Sequence record: SRR31156797_208
Reading direction: 5' to 3' (one strand)
Length of the DNA stretch: 64,000 nucleotides
Positions 10,568-20,160 of this stretch are shown here, piece after piece; positions within the stretch are counted from its first letter, which is position 1, and every line of letters begins with the position of its first letter. The notes beneath the pieces are model-generated. The model had not been told where the DNA came from and did no database searches. It worked only from the letters and a program-made list of their open reading frames with translations. The position numbers were made by a program, and so were the translations under genes.

Positions 10568-11374
10568 ATGTATAAAATCATTGCACTTGATATGGATGGC
10601 ACTCTTCTCAATAGCCAAAAGCAAATTTCTCCTCGAACAAAACAGGCAATAGCTTTAGCTCGCGCACAAGGCGTTAAGATTGTTTTAGCTTCCGGCCGCC
10701 CTGTCGATGGTATGCGTAGCAAACTTGAAGAGCTCAACCTGACTTCAGATCAAGACTACGTTCTCCACTATAACGGCTCTATGGTTGAAAACGTTGGCAC
10801 GGGTGAAGTGATTTATAAGCAAATCATCGATGGTAAAGCCGCCAAAACCATCGCTAATCTTGCACAAGAACTGGGCGTAAATACTCATGCGTTTAGCCAG
10901 GAGTACGGCCTCATCACCCCTAAAATTAGCGAGTACACTGAGCTAGAATCAAAGATTAATGATGGTTTAAAAATCACCGAAATGGACTTTATGGAATTGG
11001 ATGATGATCACCCAATCATTAAAACCATGATTGTAGCCAAACCAGAACTGCTTTCTGAAGCTATTGAGCGTATTCCGCAAGCACTACGCGAACAATTTAC
11101 CGTTGTGCAAAGTGCCGACCATTTCTTAGAGTTCCTAAACACAAAAAGTAACAAAGGTGTCGGCCTTAAGGCGATAGCCGATCACCTAGGTGTTCCTGCA
11201 GATCAGGTGATGTGTATGGGGGATGCTGAAAACGACCACCATATGATCGAGTTCGCTGGAATGGGTATCGCGATGGCTAATGCGATGGAAGAAACCAAAC
11301 GTCTGGCAGATTACATCACGTTAAGTAATGATGAAGATGGTGTAGCCGCAGCAATTGAAAAGTTTGTACTTTAA
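10568..11374 (+). CDS. Cof-type HAD-IIB hydrolase (YidA-like)
   Basis: DMDGTLLN, ASGR, GDAEND, N-x-EDGVA. Confidence 0.92.
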   Translation: MYKIIALDMDGTLLNSQKQISPRTKQAIALARAQGVKIVLASGRPVDGMRSKLEELNLTSDQDYVLHYNGSMVENVGTGEVIYKQIIDGKAAKTIANLAQELGVNTHAFSQEYGLITPKISEYTELESKINDGLKITEMDFMELDDDHPIIKTMIVAKPELLSEAIERIPQALREQFTVVQSADHFLEFLNTKSNKGVGLKAIADHLGVPADQVMCMGDAENDHHMIEFAGMGIAMANAMEETKRLADYITLSNDEDGVAAAIEKFVL

Positions 11375-11395
11375 ACCATTTGCATTAAACGCAGC

Positions 11396-11420
11396 AAAGG
11401 CGGCCCATCAAGCCGCCTTT
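11396..11420. terminator. Bidirectional terminator between convergent genes
   Basis: AAAGGCGGC-N7-GCCGCCTTT. Confidence 0.75.
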
Positions 11421-11436
11421 AATAGGATCTGTTGAC

Positions 11437-12375
11437 CTAGTTTTCACTGCCCGGAGATATCACCCGCTGCTGATTTTGCAGTAAGGAGTACTCTTGAGTG
11501 GATTTAAACAACAGTACACACACTCGGAGTTTCTCTTTTTTCGCTCGTTGCAGCCGCTCACCTAACTCTGCAGGACTATGGAACGTTTCTCGCTCAGCAT
11601 CACGACGACACAAATCCAATACCCCGAACGGGCAGACATCTGGATGGAGAATTAACTCCGCTTGCTGCATATATCTCATCGCTTTAATCGGTAAGAGTTC
11701 AACATCCGAGCCGTATTCAATCCAAGTCACTTCACCCTGTTCATCGATATCACGATTTAAAGTAGCAACGTAAGCAATTTCTAGCTCATCTCTGCTTTTT
11801 GCATTCTGAACTCTCGGATTAGCGAAAAACATTTCCCAAAATTTGCGACGTTGATCAACCGTTGGCAACTGCTCTTTAATTGAATTTCTTTTCGAAGAGC
11901 CGAACTCAGCCAGTAGACCTAAATTTTGAGGTAATACGGACTCAAGCGTCTCTCTTAAGTTACGTACAAGTACTGGTGACGCGCCTCCGCTGGAAATCGC
12001 GACTTGAATTCGCCCACGGTTTAACATCGATGGAGTAATAAAATCACAGTAGGGTTGATCGTCAACAACATTGACTAAAATACCCATGCTTTTTGCATCT
12101 TTATGCACTTGGTGATTTAAATCCGGGTTATCTGTTGTTGCCCAAACCTGAATATAATTTCGATTCAAAACTTGAGGCGAGTAAAAGTTTTGTACCCAAT
12201 CACACTTGTCTGACTCAACCAATTGTTGCAGATATGGAGCTATCTTAGGGGATACAATGGTGACTCTCGCTCCCGCACGCAACAAAGCATCGATTTTTCG
12301 GCACGCAACTTCCCCTCCACCGACGACTAACACCGCTTTATTACTGAGATCTAAGAACAGAGGAAAATATTGCAT
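11437..12375 (-). CDS. cysG: Precorrin-2 dehydrogenase/sirohydrochlorin ferrochelatase (CysG N-terminal-like, degenerate C-terminal domain)
   Basis: VVGGGEVACRK, VNVVDDQPYCDFITPS, ISSGGASPVL. Confidence 0.85.
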   Translation of the reverse strand: MQYFPLFLDLSNKAVLVVGGGEVACRKIDALLRAGARVTIVSPKIAPYLQQLVESDKCDWVQNFYSPQVLNRNYIQVWATTDNPDLNHQVHKDAKSMGILVNVVDDQPYCDFITPSMLNRGRIQVAISSGGASPVLVRNLRETLESVLPQNLGLLAEFGSSKRNSIKEQLPTVDQRRKFWEMFFANPRVQNAKSRDELEIAYVATLNRDIDEQGEVTWIEYGSDVELLPIKAMRYMQQAELILHPDVCPFGVLDLCRRDAERETFHSPAELGERLQRAKKEKLRVCVLLFKSTQEYSLLQNQQRVISPGSEN

Positions 12376-12836
12376 TTAAAATTCATCTTAATGTAAATAA
12401 CTATTCGGATATGCTAACAAAAAAGGTGCAACAAAAGCATCTCTTAAACGTTATCAAATAATTAATGACTGAATTTTGGTCGTTTGGCAGGTGATCATAT
12501 AAGATTTTCGCTACATAGATACTCATAAATATTAACAAAGCAGTCAATTGTCCCAACCTCATTCTGTTGCACCATTGGTGAGCCTAGTTGCACTATTTAC
12601 ATTGGAACAACATTTAGCCATGCTAATCACAGCTTAGGCACGTGATTTCAATCGAAATTCTTTTGAAATTATGAAGTTGAGAAATCTTAACTTTATGCCT
12701 ACGCTTTTAACTGGTTGATTCACAATAGTGCAAGCATATGCATTGTCAGCCAGCAAATGATTATAAAACACAACATTTTATAAAGCTTGTATCAGGTGTC
12801 ACCTGATCAAACATGGATCATACAGGAAGGATACAC

Positions 12837-13865
12837 ATGGCGAATAAACTCACACTTCTAGCCACAGTTGTAGCGGCATCTTCTGCCTTTGCAGCGACTT
12901 CAGCTTCAGCAGCAGAAGGCACTCTGGCAAAAGTACTAGAAGCAGACGTACTATCTTGTGGTGTAAGTACAGGTCTACCAGGCTTTTCTAACCCAAACTC
13001 TAAAGGTGAATGGGAAGGCATTGACGTTGAGTACTGCCAAGCAGTAGCAGCGGCAGTTCTTGGCGATAAAACAAAAGTAAAATATGTACCACTAACTGCT
13101 AAAGAGCGTTTTACTGCACTACAATCTGGTGAAATTGACGTCCTATCTCGTAACACAACTTGGACTCTACAACGTGATACTGCGTTAGGCTTAAACTTTG
13201 CAGGTGTTAACTACTACGATGGTCAAGGCTTCATGGTTAAAAAAGAAGCTGGCATTACTTCAGTTAAAGAGCTTGATGGTGCTTCAATCTGTGTACAATC
13301 AGGTACAACAACAGAGCTGAACCTAGCTGATTACTATCGTGTCAACAAAATGAGCTATACACCTGTGGTATTTGATACAGCAGCTCAAACTTCTAAAGGT
13401 TTCGACTCAGGTCGTTGTGACGCACTGACAACTGACCAATCTGGTCTGTACGCACTGCGTCTAAACATCGAGGATGCTTCTTCAGCAGTAATTCTTCCTG
13501 AAGTTATTTCGAAAGAACCTCTTGGCCCAGTAGTTCGTCAAGATGATGATCAATGGTTCAACATCGCTAAGTGGTCTCTAATCGCGATGATTAACGCTGA
13601 AGAGTACGGCATCACTTCAGCAAACGCTGACGAAATGCTGAAATCAACCAACCCGAATATCAAACGTATTCTTGGTGTTGATGGCCCTAAAGGCTCTGGT
13701 TTAGGTATTCGTGACGATTGGGGTTACCAAATCGTAAAACAAGTTGGTAACTATAGCGAAAGCTTTGAACGTACAGTAGGTAAAGGCTCTCCGTTACAAA
13801 TGGACCGTGGTGTTAACGCACTATGGAGTAACGGTGGCTTCTTGTACGCTCCACCTATCCGTTAA
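12837..13865 (+). CDS. aapJ: General L-amino acid ABC transporter substrate-binding protein
   Basis: Signal peptide, RFTALQSGEIDVLSRNTTWT, ISKEPLGP, YAPPIR; AGGAAGG SD. Confidence 0.93.
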   Translation: MANKLTLLATVVAASSAFAATSASAAEGTLAKVLEADVLSCGVSTGLPGFSNPNSKGEWEGIDVEYCQAVAAAVLGDKTKVKYVPLTAKERFTALQSGEIDVLSRNTTWTLQRDTALGLNFAGVNYYDGQGFMVKKEAGITSVKELDGASICVQSGTTTELNLADYYRVNKMSYTPVVFDTAAQTSKGFDSGRCDALTTDQSGLYALRLNIEDASSAVILPEVISKEPLGPVVRQDDDQWFNIAKWSLIAMINAEEYGITSANADEMLKSTNPNIKRILGVDGPKGSGLGIRDDWGYQIVKQVGNYSESFERTVGKGSPLQMDRGVNALWSNGGFLYAPPIR

Positions 13866-13883
13866 TAGATACTTGGAAATATT

Positions 13884-13904
13884 GGGCGGTTTCGGCCGCC
13901 CTTT
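13884..13904 (+). other. Intercistronic stem-loop after the binding-protein gene
   Basis: GGGCGGT-TTCG-GCCGCCC-TTT; such hairpins commonly stabilise or attenuate ABC operon mRNAs. Confidence 0.65.
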
Positions 13905-13933
13905 GTCTAAATGGATAATGAGGTTATCGCTGT

Positions 13934-15139
13934 ATGAAACCTACGACAAATTCAGCGCAAAAGTCAGAGTCAGCTCCGGCTAAGAACGCTAATCTTCTTT
14001 ATAATCCCACTTTCCGCTCTATCGTTTTTCAGTTCGTTGCTATCGCTGCACTTGCTTTCTTCTTTTATACGATAATAAACAACGCATTAACTAACCTTAG
14101 TGCGCGCGGTATCGCTACAGGTTTTGATTTTCTAGATCAACCTGCTGGTTTTGGGATTGGGTTGAGCTTAATTGAGTATGATGAAACATTTTCATACGGT
14201 CGCACATTTATTGTTGGCCTGCTCAATACTGCTCTAGTTTCTTTTTTGGGTATAGTCCTAGCAACTGTTATTGGTTTCGCGTTAGGTATTGCTCGTCTGT
14301 CGTCGAACTGGCTAGTTAGCCGATTAGCGGCAGTTTACATTGAATGTTTTCGTAACGTTCCTCTGCTACTGCAAATCCTGTTTTGGTATGTTGCGGTACT
14401 CCAAGCCTTACCGTCAGCTCGTCAAAGTCTCAGCTTAGGTGAAGCAATTTTCTTAAACGTACGTGGTCTCTACATGCCTTCTCCTGTTTTTGAAGCAGGC
14501 AGTGGCGTTGTAATTGGTGCATTTATTGCTGGTTTAATTGCGACAATTGCTATCGGTATTTGGGCTAAAAACAAACAACGCCTAACCGGGCAACAAACGC
14601 CAATGGGACGCATCGCTTTAGGGCTATGTGTTGCATTACCATTAGTGGTGTTTTTTGTTATGGGCTCCCCTATCTCTGCGGAATACCCAGTACTTAAAGG
14701 CTTCAACTTCCGTGGTGGTGTTAGCATTATCCCTGAACTTGCAGCATTACTGTTGGCATTGAGCATATACACAGCATCGTTCATTGCCGAAATTGTACGT
14801 TCAGGCATCAACGCAGTAAGTCACGGTCAAACAGAAGCGGCTATGTCTTTAGGTTTGCCTCGTTCAAAAACACTTAAGCTGGTTGTTATACCGCAAGCGT
14901 TGCGGATCATTATTCCACCGCTTACAAGCCAATACTTAAACTTAACCAAAAACTCGTCTCTGGCGATGGCAATTGGTTATCCAGACTTAGTGTCTGTCTT
15001 CGCAGGTACAACGCTGAACCAAACGGGTCAGGCAATTGAAATTATCGCAATGACAATGGGGGTATACCTATCACTAAGTCTACTTACATCTGCGTTAATG
15101 AACTTGTACAACCGTAAAGTTGCTTTGGTGGAGAGATAA
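13934..15139 (+). CDS. aapQ: Amino acid ABC permease
   Basis: FRNVPLLLQ, GQTEAAMSLGL EAA loop, LTKNSSLA. Confidence 0.92.
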   Translation: MKPTTNSAQKSESAPAKNANLLYNPTFRSIVFQFVAIAALAFFFYTIINNALTNLSARGIATGFDFLDQPAGFGIGLSLIEYDETFSYGRTFIVGLLNTALVSFLGIVLATVIGFALGIARLSSNWLVSRLAAVYIECFRNVPLLLQILFWYVAVLQALPSARQSLSLGEAIFLNVRGLYMPSPVFEAGSGVVIGAFIAGLIATIAIGIWAKNKQRLTGQQTPMGRIALGLCVALPLVVFFVMGSPISAEYPVLKGFNFRGGVSIIPELAALLLALSIYTASFIAEIVRSGINAVSHGQTEAAMSLGLPRSKTLKLVVIPQALRIIIPPLTSQYLNLTKNSSLAMAIGYPDLVSVFAGTTLNQTGQAIEIIAMTMGVYLSLSLLTSALMNLYNRKVALVER

Positions 15140-15140
15140 A

Positions 15141-16238
15141 ATGACTAAACATGAGTTTCAACCAAGTCTCCCACCACCAGAAAACACAACAGGTATTGTG
15201 GGTTGGCTGAAAAAAAACCTATTCAGTAGTCCATTGAATTCTATTGTGACCATTATTCTCGCGTATTTTGCGTTTACGGGAATATGGAACATAGTTAACT
15301 GGGCATTTATCAATGCAGACTGGGTTGGCACAACCCGCGATGCATGTACAAGTGAAGGCGCTTGTTGGGTATTTATAAGTGTGCGCTGGCAACAATACAT
15401 GTATGGTTTCTATCCAGAATCCGAAATATGGCGCCCTCGCCTGTTCTTCGCAACATTAGCGGTATTAGTTGCGTTGGTAGCATACGACAAAACACCAAAA
15501 CGTACTTGGATTTGGCTGTTTATGGTCAATATCTACCCATTCTTGATGGCTGCACTGTTGTACGGTGGCGTATTTGGTCTAGAAGTCGTTGAGACGCACA
15601 AATGGGGTGGTTTGTTAGTCACACTTATCATTGCCCTTGTGGGTATCGTGGTCTCTTTACCAATTGGTGTCGTGTTAGCACTGGGGCGTCGCTCGGATAT
15701 GCCAATCATCCGAAGCCTATGTACGGTATACATTGAAATATGGCGTGGTGTTCCACTGATCACGGTTCTTTTCATGGCATCAGTAATGCTTCCTCTGTTC
15801 CTTTCTGAAGGTTCAGAGACAGATAAACTGATTCGTGCCCTGATTGGTGTGGTGATGTTTGCTTCTGCATACATGGCTGAGGTTATTCGTGGTGGCCTAC
15901 AAGCGATTCCTAAAGGTCAGTATGAAGCGGCTGATGCATTAGGTCTCTCTTACTGGAAGAAAGTAGGCTTAATCATTCTGCCTCAAGCACTGAAAATTAC
16001 GATTCCTTCAATCGTAAACACCTTTATTGGCCTATTTAAAGATACCAGTCTAGTACTCATCATCGGTATGTTTGATGTACTGGGTATCGGTCAATCAGCA
16101 AATACTGACCCAGAATGGTTAGGCTTTGCTACCGAAAGTTATGTCTTTGTCGCGTTAGTGTTCTGGGTGTTCTGCTTTAGCATGTCGAGATACTCGATTT
16201 GGCTAGAAGGCAAACTCCATACCGGTCACAAACGATAA
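15141..16238 (+). CDS. aapM: Amino acid ABC permease
   Basis: WRGVPLITVLF, GQYEAADALGL, FKDTSL. Confidence 0.92.
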   Translation: MTKHEFQPSLPPPENTTGIVGWLKKNLFSSPLNSIVTIILAYFAFTGIWNIVNWAFINADWVGTTRDACTSEGACWVFISVRWQQYMYGFYPESEIWRPRLFFATLAVLVALVAYDKTPKRTWIWLFMVNIYPFLMAALLYGGVFGLEVVETHKWGGLLVTLIIALVGIVVSLPIGVVLALGRRSDMPIIRSLCTVYIEIWRGVPLITVLFMASVMLPLFLSEGSETDKLIRALIGVVMFASAYMAEVIRGGLQAIPKGQYEAADALGLSYWKKVGLIILPQALKITIPSIVNTFIGLFKDTSLVLIIGMFDVLGIGQSANTDPEWLGFATESYVFVALVFWVFCFSMSRYSIWLEGKLHTGHKR

Positions 16239-16260
16239 ACAATAATTCAGGGAACGTATT

Positions 16261-17016
16261 ATGACGCAACAAAATTCACAAGAGTTCATGATTCAAATTA
16301 AAGACATGAACAAATGGTACGGAGAATTCCACGTACTAAAGAATATCAACCTGAATGTTACAAAAGGCGAAAAAATCGTTATTTGTGGCCCTTCAGGCTC
16401 TGGTAAATCAACCATGATCCGCTGTATTAACCACCTAGAAGAGCACCAAAAAGGTGAAATTCTAGTGGCAGGTACAGAGCTGACGGAAGATTTGAAAAAC
16501 ATCGAAGCCGTGCGCCGTGAAGTCGGTATGTGTTTCCAGCACTTCAACCTCTTCCCTCACCTAACAGTGTTAGAAAACTGTACGCTGGCGCCAATCTGGG
16601 TAAAAAAGATGCCTAAGGAAGAAGCTGAAGCGATTGCAATGAAATACCTACAACGCGTTAAGATTCCTGATCAAGCGGACAAATACCCAGGTCAGCTATC
16701 AGGTGGTCAGCAACAGCGTGTAGCAATTGCTCGTTCTCTATGTATGAGTCCGCAAGTTATGCTATTTGATGAACCAACATCAGCACTCGACCCAGAAATG
16801 GTTCGCGAAGTTCTGGATGTAATGGTTGAATTAGCTGGCGAAGGTATGACCATGCTTTGTGTTACGCATGAAATGGGCTTCGCCAAAGAAGTCGCTGACC
16901 GTGTGATTTTCATGGATGCGGGTGAAATCATCGAAGAGAACAATCCGAAAGAGTTCTTCGAAAATCCTCAATCGGATCGTACACAAAACTTCTTAGCTCA
17001 AATTCTCCACCATTAA
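16261..17016 (+). CDS. aapP: Amino acid ABC ATPase
   Basis: [27 protein letters not shown]. Confidence 0.93.
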   Translation: MTQQNSQEFMIQIKDMNKWYGEFHVLKNINLNVTKGEKIVICGPSGSGKSTMIRCINHLEEHQKGEILVAGTELTEDLKNIEAVRREVGMCFQHFNLFPHLTVLENCTLAPIWVKKMPKEEAEAIAMKYLQRVKIPDQADKYPGQLSGGQQQRVAIARSLCMSPQVMLFDEPTSALDPEMVREVLDVMVELAGEGMTMLCVTHEMGFAKEVADRVIFMDAGEIIEENNPKEFFENPQSDRTQNFLAQILHH

Positions 17017-17049
17017 ACGGCAATCCATTACAAATGAATTGTTTACTCG

Positions 17050-17085
17050 AAAAAAAGAGGCGATTATTCGCCTCTTTTCTTTTTT
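17050..17085 (+). terminator. Intrinsic terminator after aapP
   Basis: AAGAGGCGA-TTAT-TCGCCTCTT followed by a T-rich tail. Confidence 0.85.
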
Positions 17086-17305
17086 CATTTAAACTCGAAA
17101 TATCTATATAAATCAGGAAAATATTTCTTAATCAGCTAAGATAAGAATACGGAAATATTGTGTTACAACTTGTCACTCTATTTTAATCCGTTTTTGTTTA
17201 TTATTTTCATATCAACAAAAGACATTAGGCTTGAAAAATGGAACTATTAGCCCCATTAATGTCTACATAAACATGAAACACCTTTCTATGAGGAAGAGTA
17301 AAAGT

Positions 17306-17968
17306 ATGAACAGTCCTATGTTTTCTCGCACTTCGTCTTATGACAGTGCTCTACAAACCAACAAAGTGCTAAGAAACACTTACGCACTGCTTTCAATGAC
17401 GCTTATATGGTCCGCTGTAGTAGCTGGTGTTTCAATGGCAATGAATCTACCACGCCCTGGTCTTATCATTATGCTAGTAGGTTTCTATGGCTTGCTATTC
17501 TTAACTGAAAAGAACCGCAACAACAGTATGGGCCTAGTATTTACATTCCTGTTTACAGGTTTCCTTGGCTACACTATTGGTCCAATTCTTAATATGTACG
17601 TTGGCGCTGGTATGGGCGACGTTGTCATTACCGCTTTAGGCGGCACAGCGTTAGCATTCCTGGGTGCTTCTGCATACGCACTAACAACTAAGCGCGACCT
17701 GTCGTTCCTAAACGGCATGCTTATGGCTGGTTTTGTTGTGCTTCTAGTAGGTATGGTTGCAAACATCTTCCTACAAATGCCAATGCTTTACATGGCAATG
17801 AGCGGTATGTTTGTTCTGTTCTCAACAGGTGTGATTCTACTAACAACACAGCAAATTGTTCGCGGTGGTGAAACAAACTACATCTCAGCGACAGTATCTC
17901 TGTATGTTTCAATCTACAACCTGTTCATCAGCCTATTAAGCATTCTAGGTGTCATGAACGACGATTAA
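17306..17968 (+). CDS. yccA: Bax inhibitor-1/YccA family membrane protein
   Basis: NKVLRNTYALLSMTL, GGETNYISATVSLYVSIYNLF; next to tusE. Confidence 0.93.
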   Translation: MNSPMFSRTSSYDSALQTNKVLRNTYALLSMTLIWSAVVAGVSMAMNLPRPGLIIMLVGFYGLLFLTEKNRNNSMGLVFTFLFTGFLGYTIGPILNMYVGAGMGDVVITALGGTALAFLGASAYALTTKRDLSFLNGMLMAGFVVLLVGMVANIFLQMPMLYMAMSGMFVLFSTGVILLTTQQIVRGGETNYISATVSLYVSIYNLFISLLSILGVMNDD

Positions 17969-17992
17969 TTTTCAGTCAAACTAGTTTACTGT

Positions 17993-18023
17993 AAAAGCCC
18001 GAGATACCCTCTCGGGCTTTTTT
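17993..18023 (+). terminator. Intrinsic terminator after yccA
   Basis: AAAAGCCCGAGA...TCTCGGGCTTTTTT. Confidence 0.85.
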
Positions 18024-18090
18024 CTTGTTGAGCAAACGCATTCCCTTCGCTACCCTATGCAAAATTATTTAAGCGATGTAACTGATCACT

Positions 18091-18420
18091 ATGTTTGAAT
18101 ACGACGGAAAAACGATAGAGACTGACGCACAAGGTTATTTACTTGACTCCACGCAATGGGTTGAGGGGATGATGGGAGTGCTAGCCAAAGAAGAAGCTAT
18201 CGAGCTTACAGAAGCACATATTGAAGTGGTGCTTTTTGTGCGTAAATTCTACGAAGAGTTTAACACCTCACCAGCGATAAGAATGCTGGTCAAGGCAATG
18301 GAAAAAGAGCACGGACCGGAAAAAGGCAACAGCAAATATCTGTTCAAACTTTTCCCTAAAGGCCCAGCCAAACAAGCTACCAAAATTGCAGGACTCCCTA
18401 AGCCAGCAAAATGCCTATAG
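18091..18420 (+). CDS. tusE: TusE/DsrC sulfur relay protein
   Basis: [30 protein letters not shown]. Confidence 0.95.
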   Translation: MFEYDGKTIETDAQGYLLDSTQWVEGMMGVLAKEEAIELTEAHIEVVLFVRKFYEEFNTSPAIRMLVKAMEKEHGPEKGNSKYLFKLFPKGPAKQATKIAGLPKPAKCL

Positions 18421-18454
18421 GCCGCAAAGTCTTAATCCTGTAGAGCTATGCGCT

Positions 18455-18730
18455 TTACAGGATTTCAAATCCCCGATAATTTTTATCTACAGCACAGGTC
18501 GTTCTCACAATCTTTTCAACATAAGCGGTTCTTGGCCCTTCTTTCAACCACTCATAAAATTCATCCACTTTCTCATTCGGTCCACAAGCAATCACTTCAA
18601 CGTCGCCATTATTTAGGTTTTTGGCATAACCCGTTAAGCCGGATTTTAGTCCCTGATGTGAGGTTTGATAACGGAACCCTACCCCTTGAACCATACCTGA
18701 AACGATAAATTTTTCACATTTTGTCGTCAT
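18455..18730 (-). CDS. acyP: Acylphosphatase
   Basis: [25 protein letters not shown]. Confidence 0.95.
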   Translation of the reverse strand: MTTKCEKFIVSGMVQGVGFRYQTSHQGLKSGLTGYAKNLNNGDVEVIACGPNEKVDEFYEWLKEGPRTAYVEKIVRTTCAVDKNYRGFEIL

Positions 18731-18928
18731 TAATGACCTCCGTCACTCTAAACAAACTACCCCTACTTATTACCATAGTTTAGATGTTGGTTTTCATTAC
18801 AACTCCTCATTTTGATAACTTGATTGCTATCTAGGCGTCAATAGCGCTTTACAGTGAAGTTGAGTTGCTTTTCATGCCCAGTTCCACGACAATACTCGAC
18901 CTTTTCTTTCTTACTTCAGAGTAGAGCG

Positions 18929-20122
18929 ATGACTTCTGCAATCTATTTGGTCAAAGGCCGCGATAAATCATTACGTCGTAAACACCCATGGGTATTCTCT
19001 CGTGGTATTCAACGCGTTGAAGGTGAACCGAGTTTAGGCGAAACCGTTGATGTGTATGCTAATGACGGCAAGTGGCTGGCAAAAGCTGCATACTCTCCTA
19101 ATTCTCAAATTAGAGCTCGAGTTTGGAGTTTTGATAAAGAACAGATCGACACGGCATTCTTTGTTAAACGTATTCAGCAGGCTCAGTTACTTCGTGATGA
19201 TCTGATTGAGCGTGATGGTTTAACTGGCTACAGATTGATTGCAGCAGAATCAGATGGTCTTCCGGGTATTACTATCGATAAGTTCGACAACTATTTGGTG
19301 TGTCAGCTACTAAGTGCTGGTGCTGAATATCAGATGAAGAACCTCGTCGAAGCACTACGCCAATGTTTCCCAGAATGCCATATTTATGAGCGTTCAGACG
19401 TGGCTGTACGTAAGAAAGAAGGTTTGGAAGAGCGCGTTGGCGTGCTTTTCGGTGAAGAACCACCTAAGTCTGTCGTGATCGAAGAAAACGGTATTAAGAT
19501 TAATGTTGATATCGTAAACGGCCACAAAACAGGCTTCTACCTTGACCAACGCGACAGCCGTTTCCAGTCTATGAAGTATGTTAAAGACAAAGAAGTCCTA
19601 AACTGTTTCTCCTATACTGGTGGCTTTGGTTTATACGCGCTCAAAGGTGGCGCGAAGCGTGTAATTAACGCCGATGTTTCACAGCCAGCTTTAGATACCG
19701 CCAAGTTCAATGCTGAAATTAATGACTTTGATATTTCTAAAAAGCGTGCCGTATTCCTAAACGCAGATGTGTTCAAACTTCTGCGCGAGTATCGTGACCA
19801 AGGTACCAAGTTTGATGTCGTTATCATGGACCCACCAAAATTTGCCGAGTCAAAAACACAATTGACGGGGGCGTGCCGTGGATACAAAGACATTAACATG
19901 CTGGCGATGCAGATCCTCAAACCAGGCGGCACACTACTGACTTACTCGTGCTCAGGATTGATGGATCAGAATTTGTTCCAGAAAATTATCGCCGATGCGG
20001 CACTTGATGCGAATCGCGATGTGAAGTTTGTTGAACGCTTTGAACAAGCGGCGGATCACCCAACCGATACCGCCTACCCTGAAGGTTTTTACCTCAAAGG
20101 CTTTGCCTGTAAAGTTTTCTAG
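18929..20122 (+). CDS. rlmI: 23S rRNA m5C1962 methyltransferase
   Basis: [39 protein letters not shown]. Confidence 0.94.
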   Translation: MTSAIYLVKGRDKSLRRKHPWVFSRGIQRVEGEPSLGETVDVYANDGKWLAKAAYSPNSQIRARVWSFDKEQIDTAFFVKRIQQAQLLRDDLIERDGLTGYRLIAAESDGLPGITIDKFDNYLVCQLLSAGAEYQMKNLVEALRQCFPECHIYERSDVAVRKKEGLEERVGVLFGEEPPKSVVIEENGIKINVDIVNGHKTGFYLDQRDSRFQSMKYVKDKEVLNCFSYTGGFGLYALKGGAKRVINADVSQPALDTAKFNAEINDFDISKKRAVFLNADVFKLLREYRDQGTKFDVVIMDPPKFAESKTQLTGACRGYKDINMLAMQILKPGGTLLTYSCSGLMDQNLFQKIIADAALDANRDVKFVERFEQAADHPTDTAYPEGFYLKGFACKVF

Positions 20123-20128
20123 TTGATT

Positions 20129-20158
20129 AAAAACGGTCTGTTGAATAGACCGTTTTTT
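20129..20158. terminator. Bidirectional terminator
   Basis: AAAAACGGTCT...AGACCGTTTTTT between convergent genes. Confidence 0.85.
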
Positions 20159-20160
20159 AT

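Noticed and set aside
12636-12652. AGGCACGTGATTTCAAT as a sigma54 promoter for aapJ
   Set aside because: Good -24 half, but GG-N10 is followed by CA rather than GC.
17017-17305. tRNA-Ser expected near yccA from enterobacterial synteny
   Set aside because: AT-rich spacer with no cloverleaf or GTTCRA T-loop.
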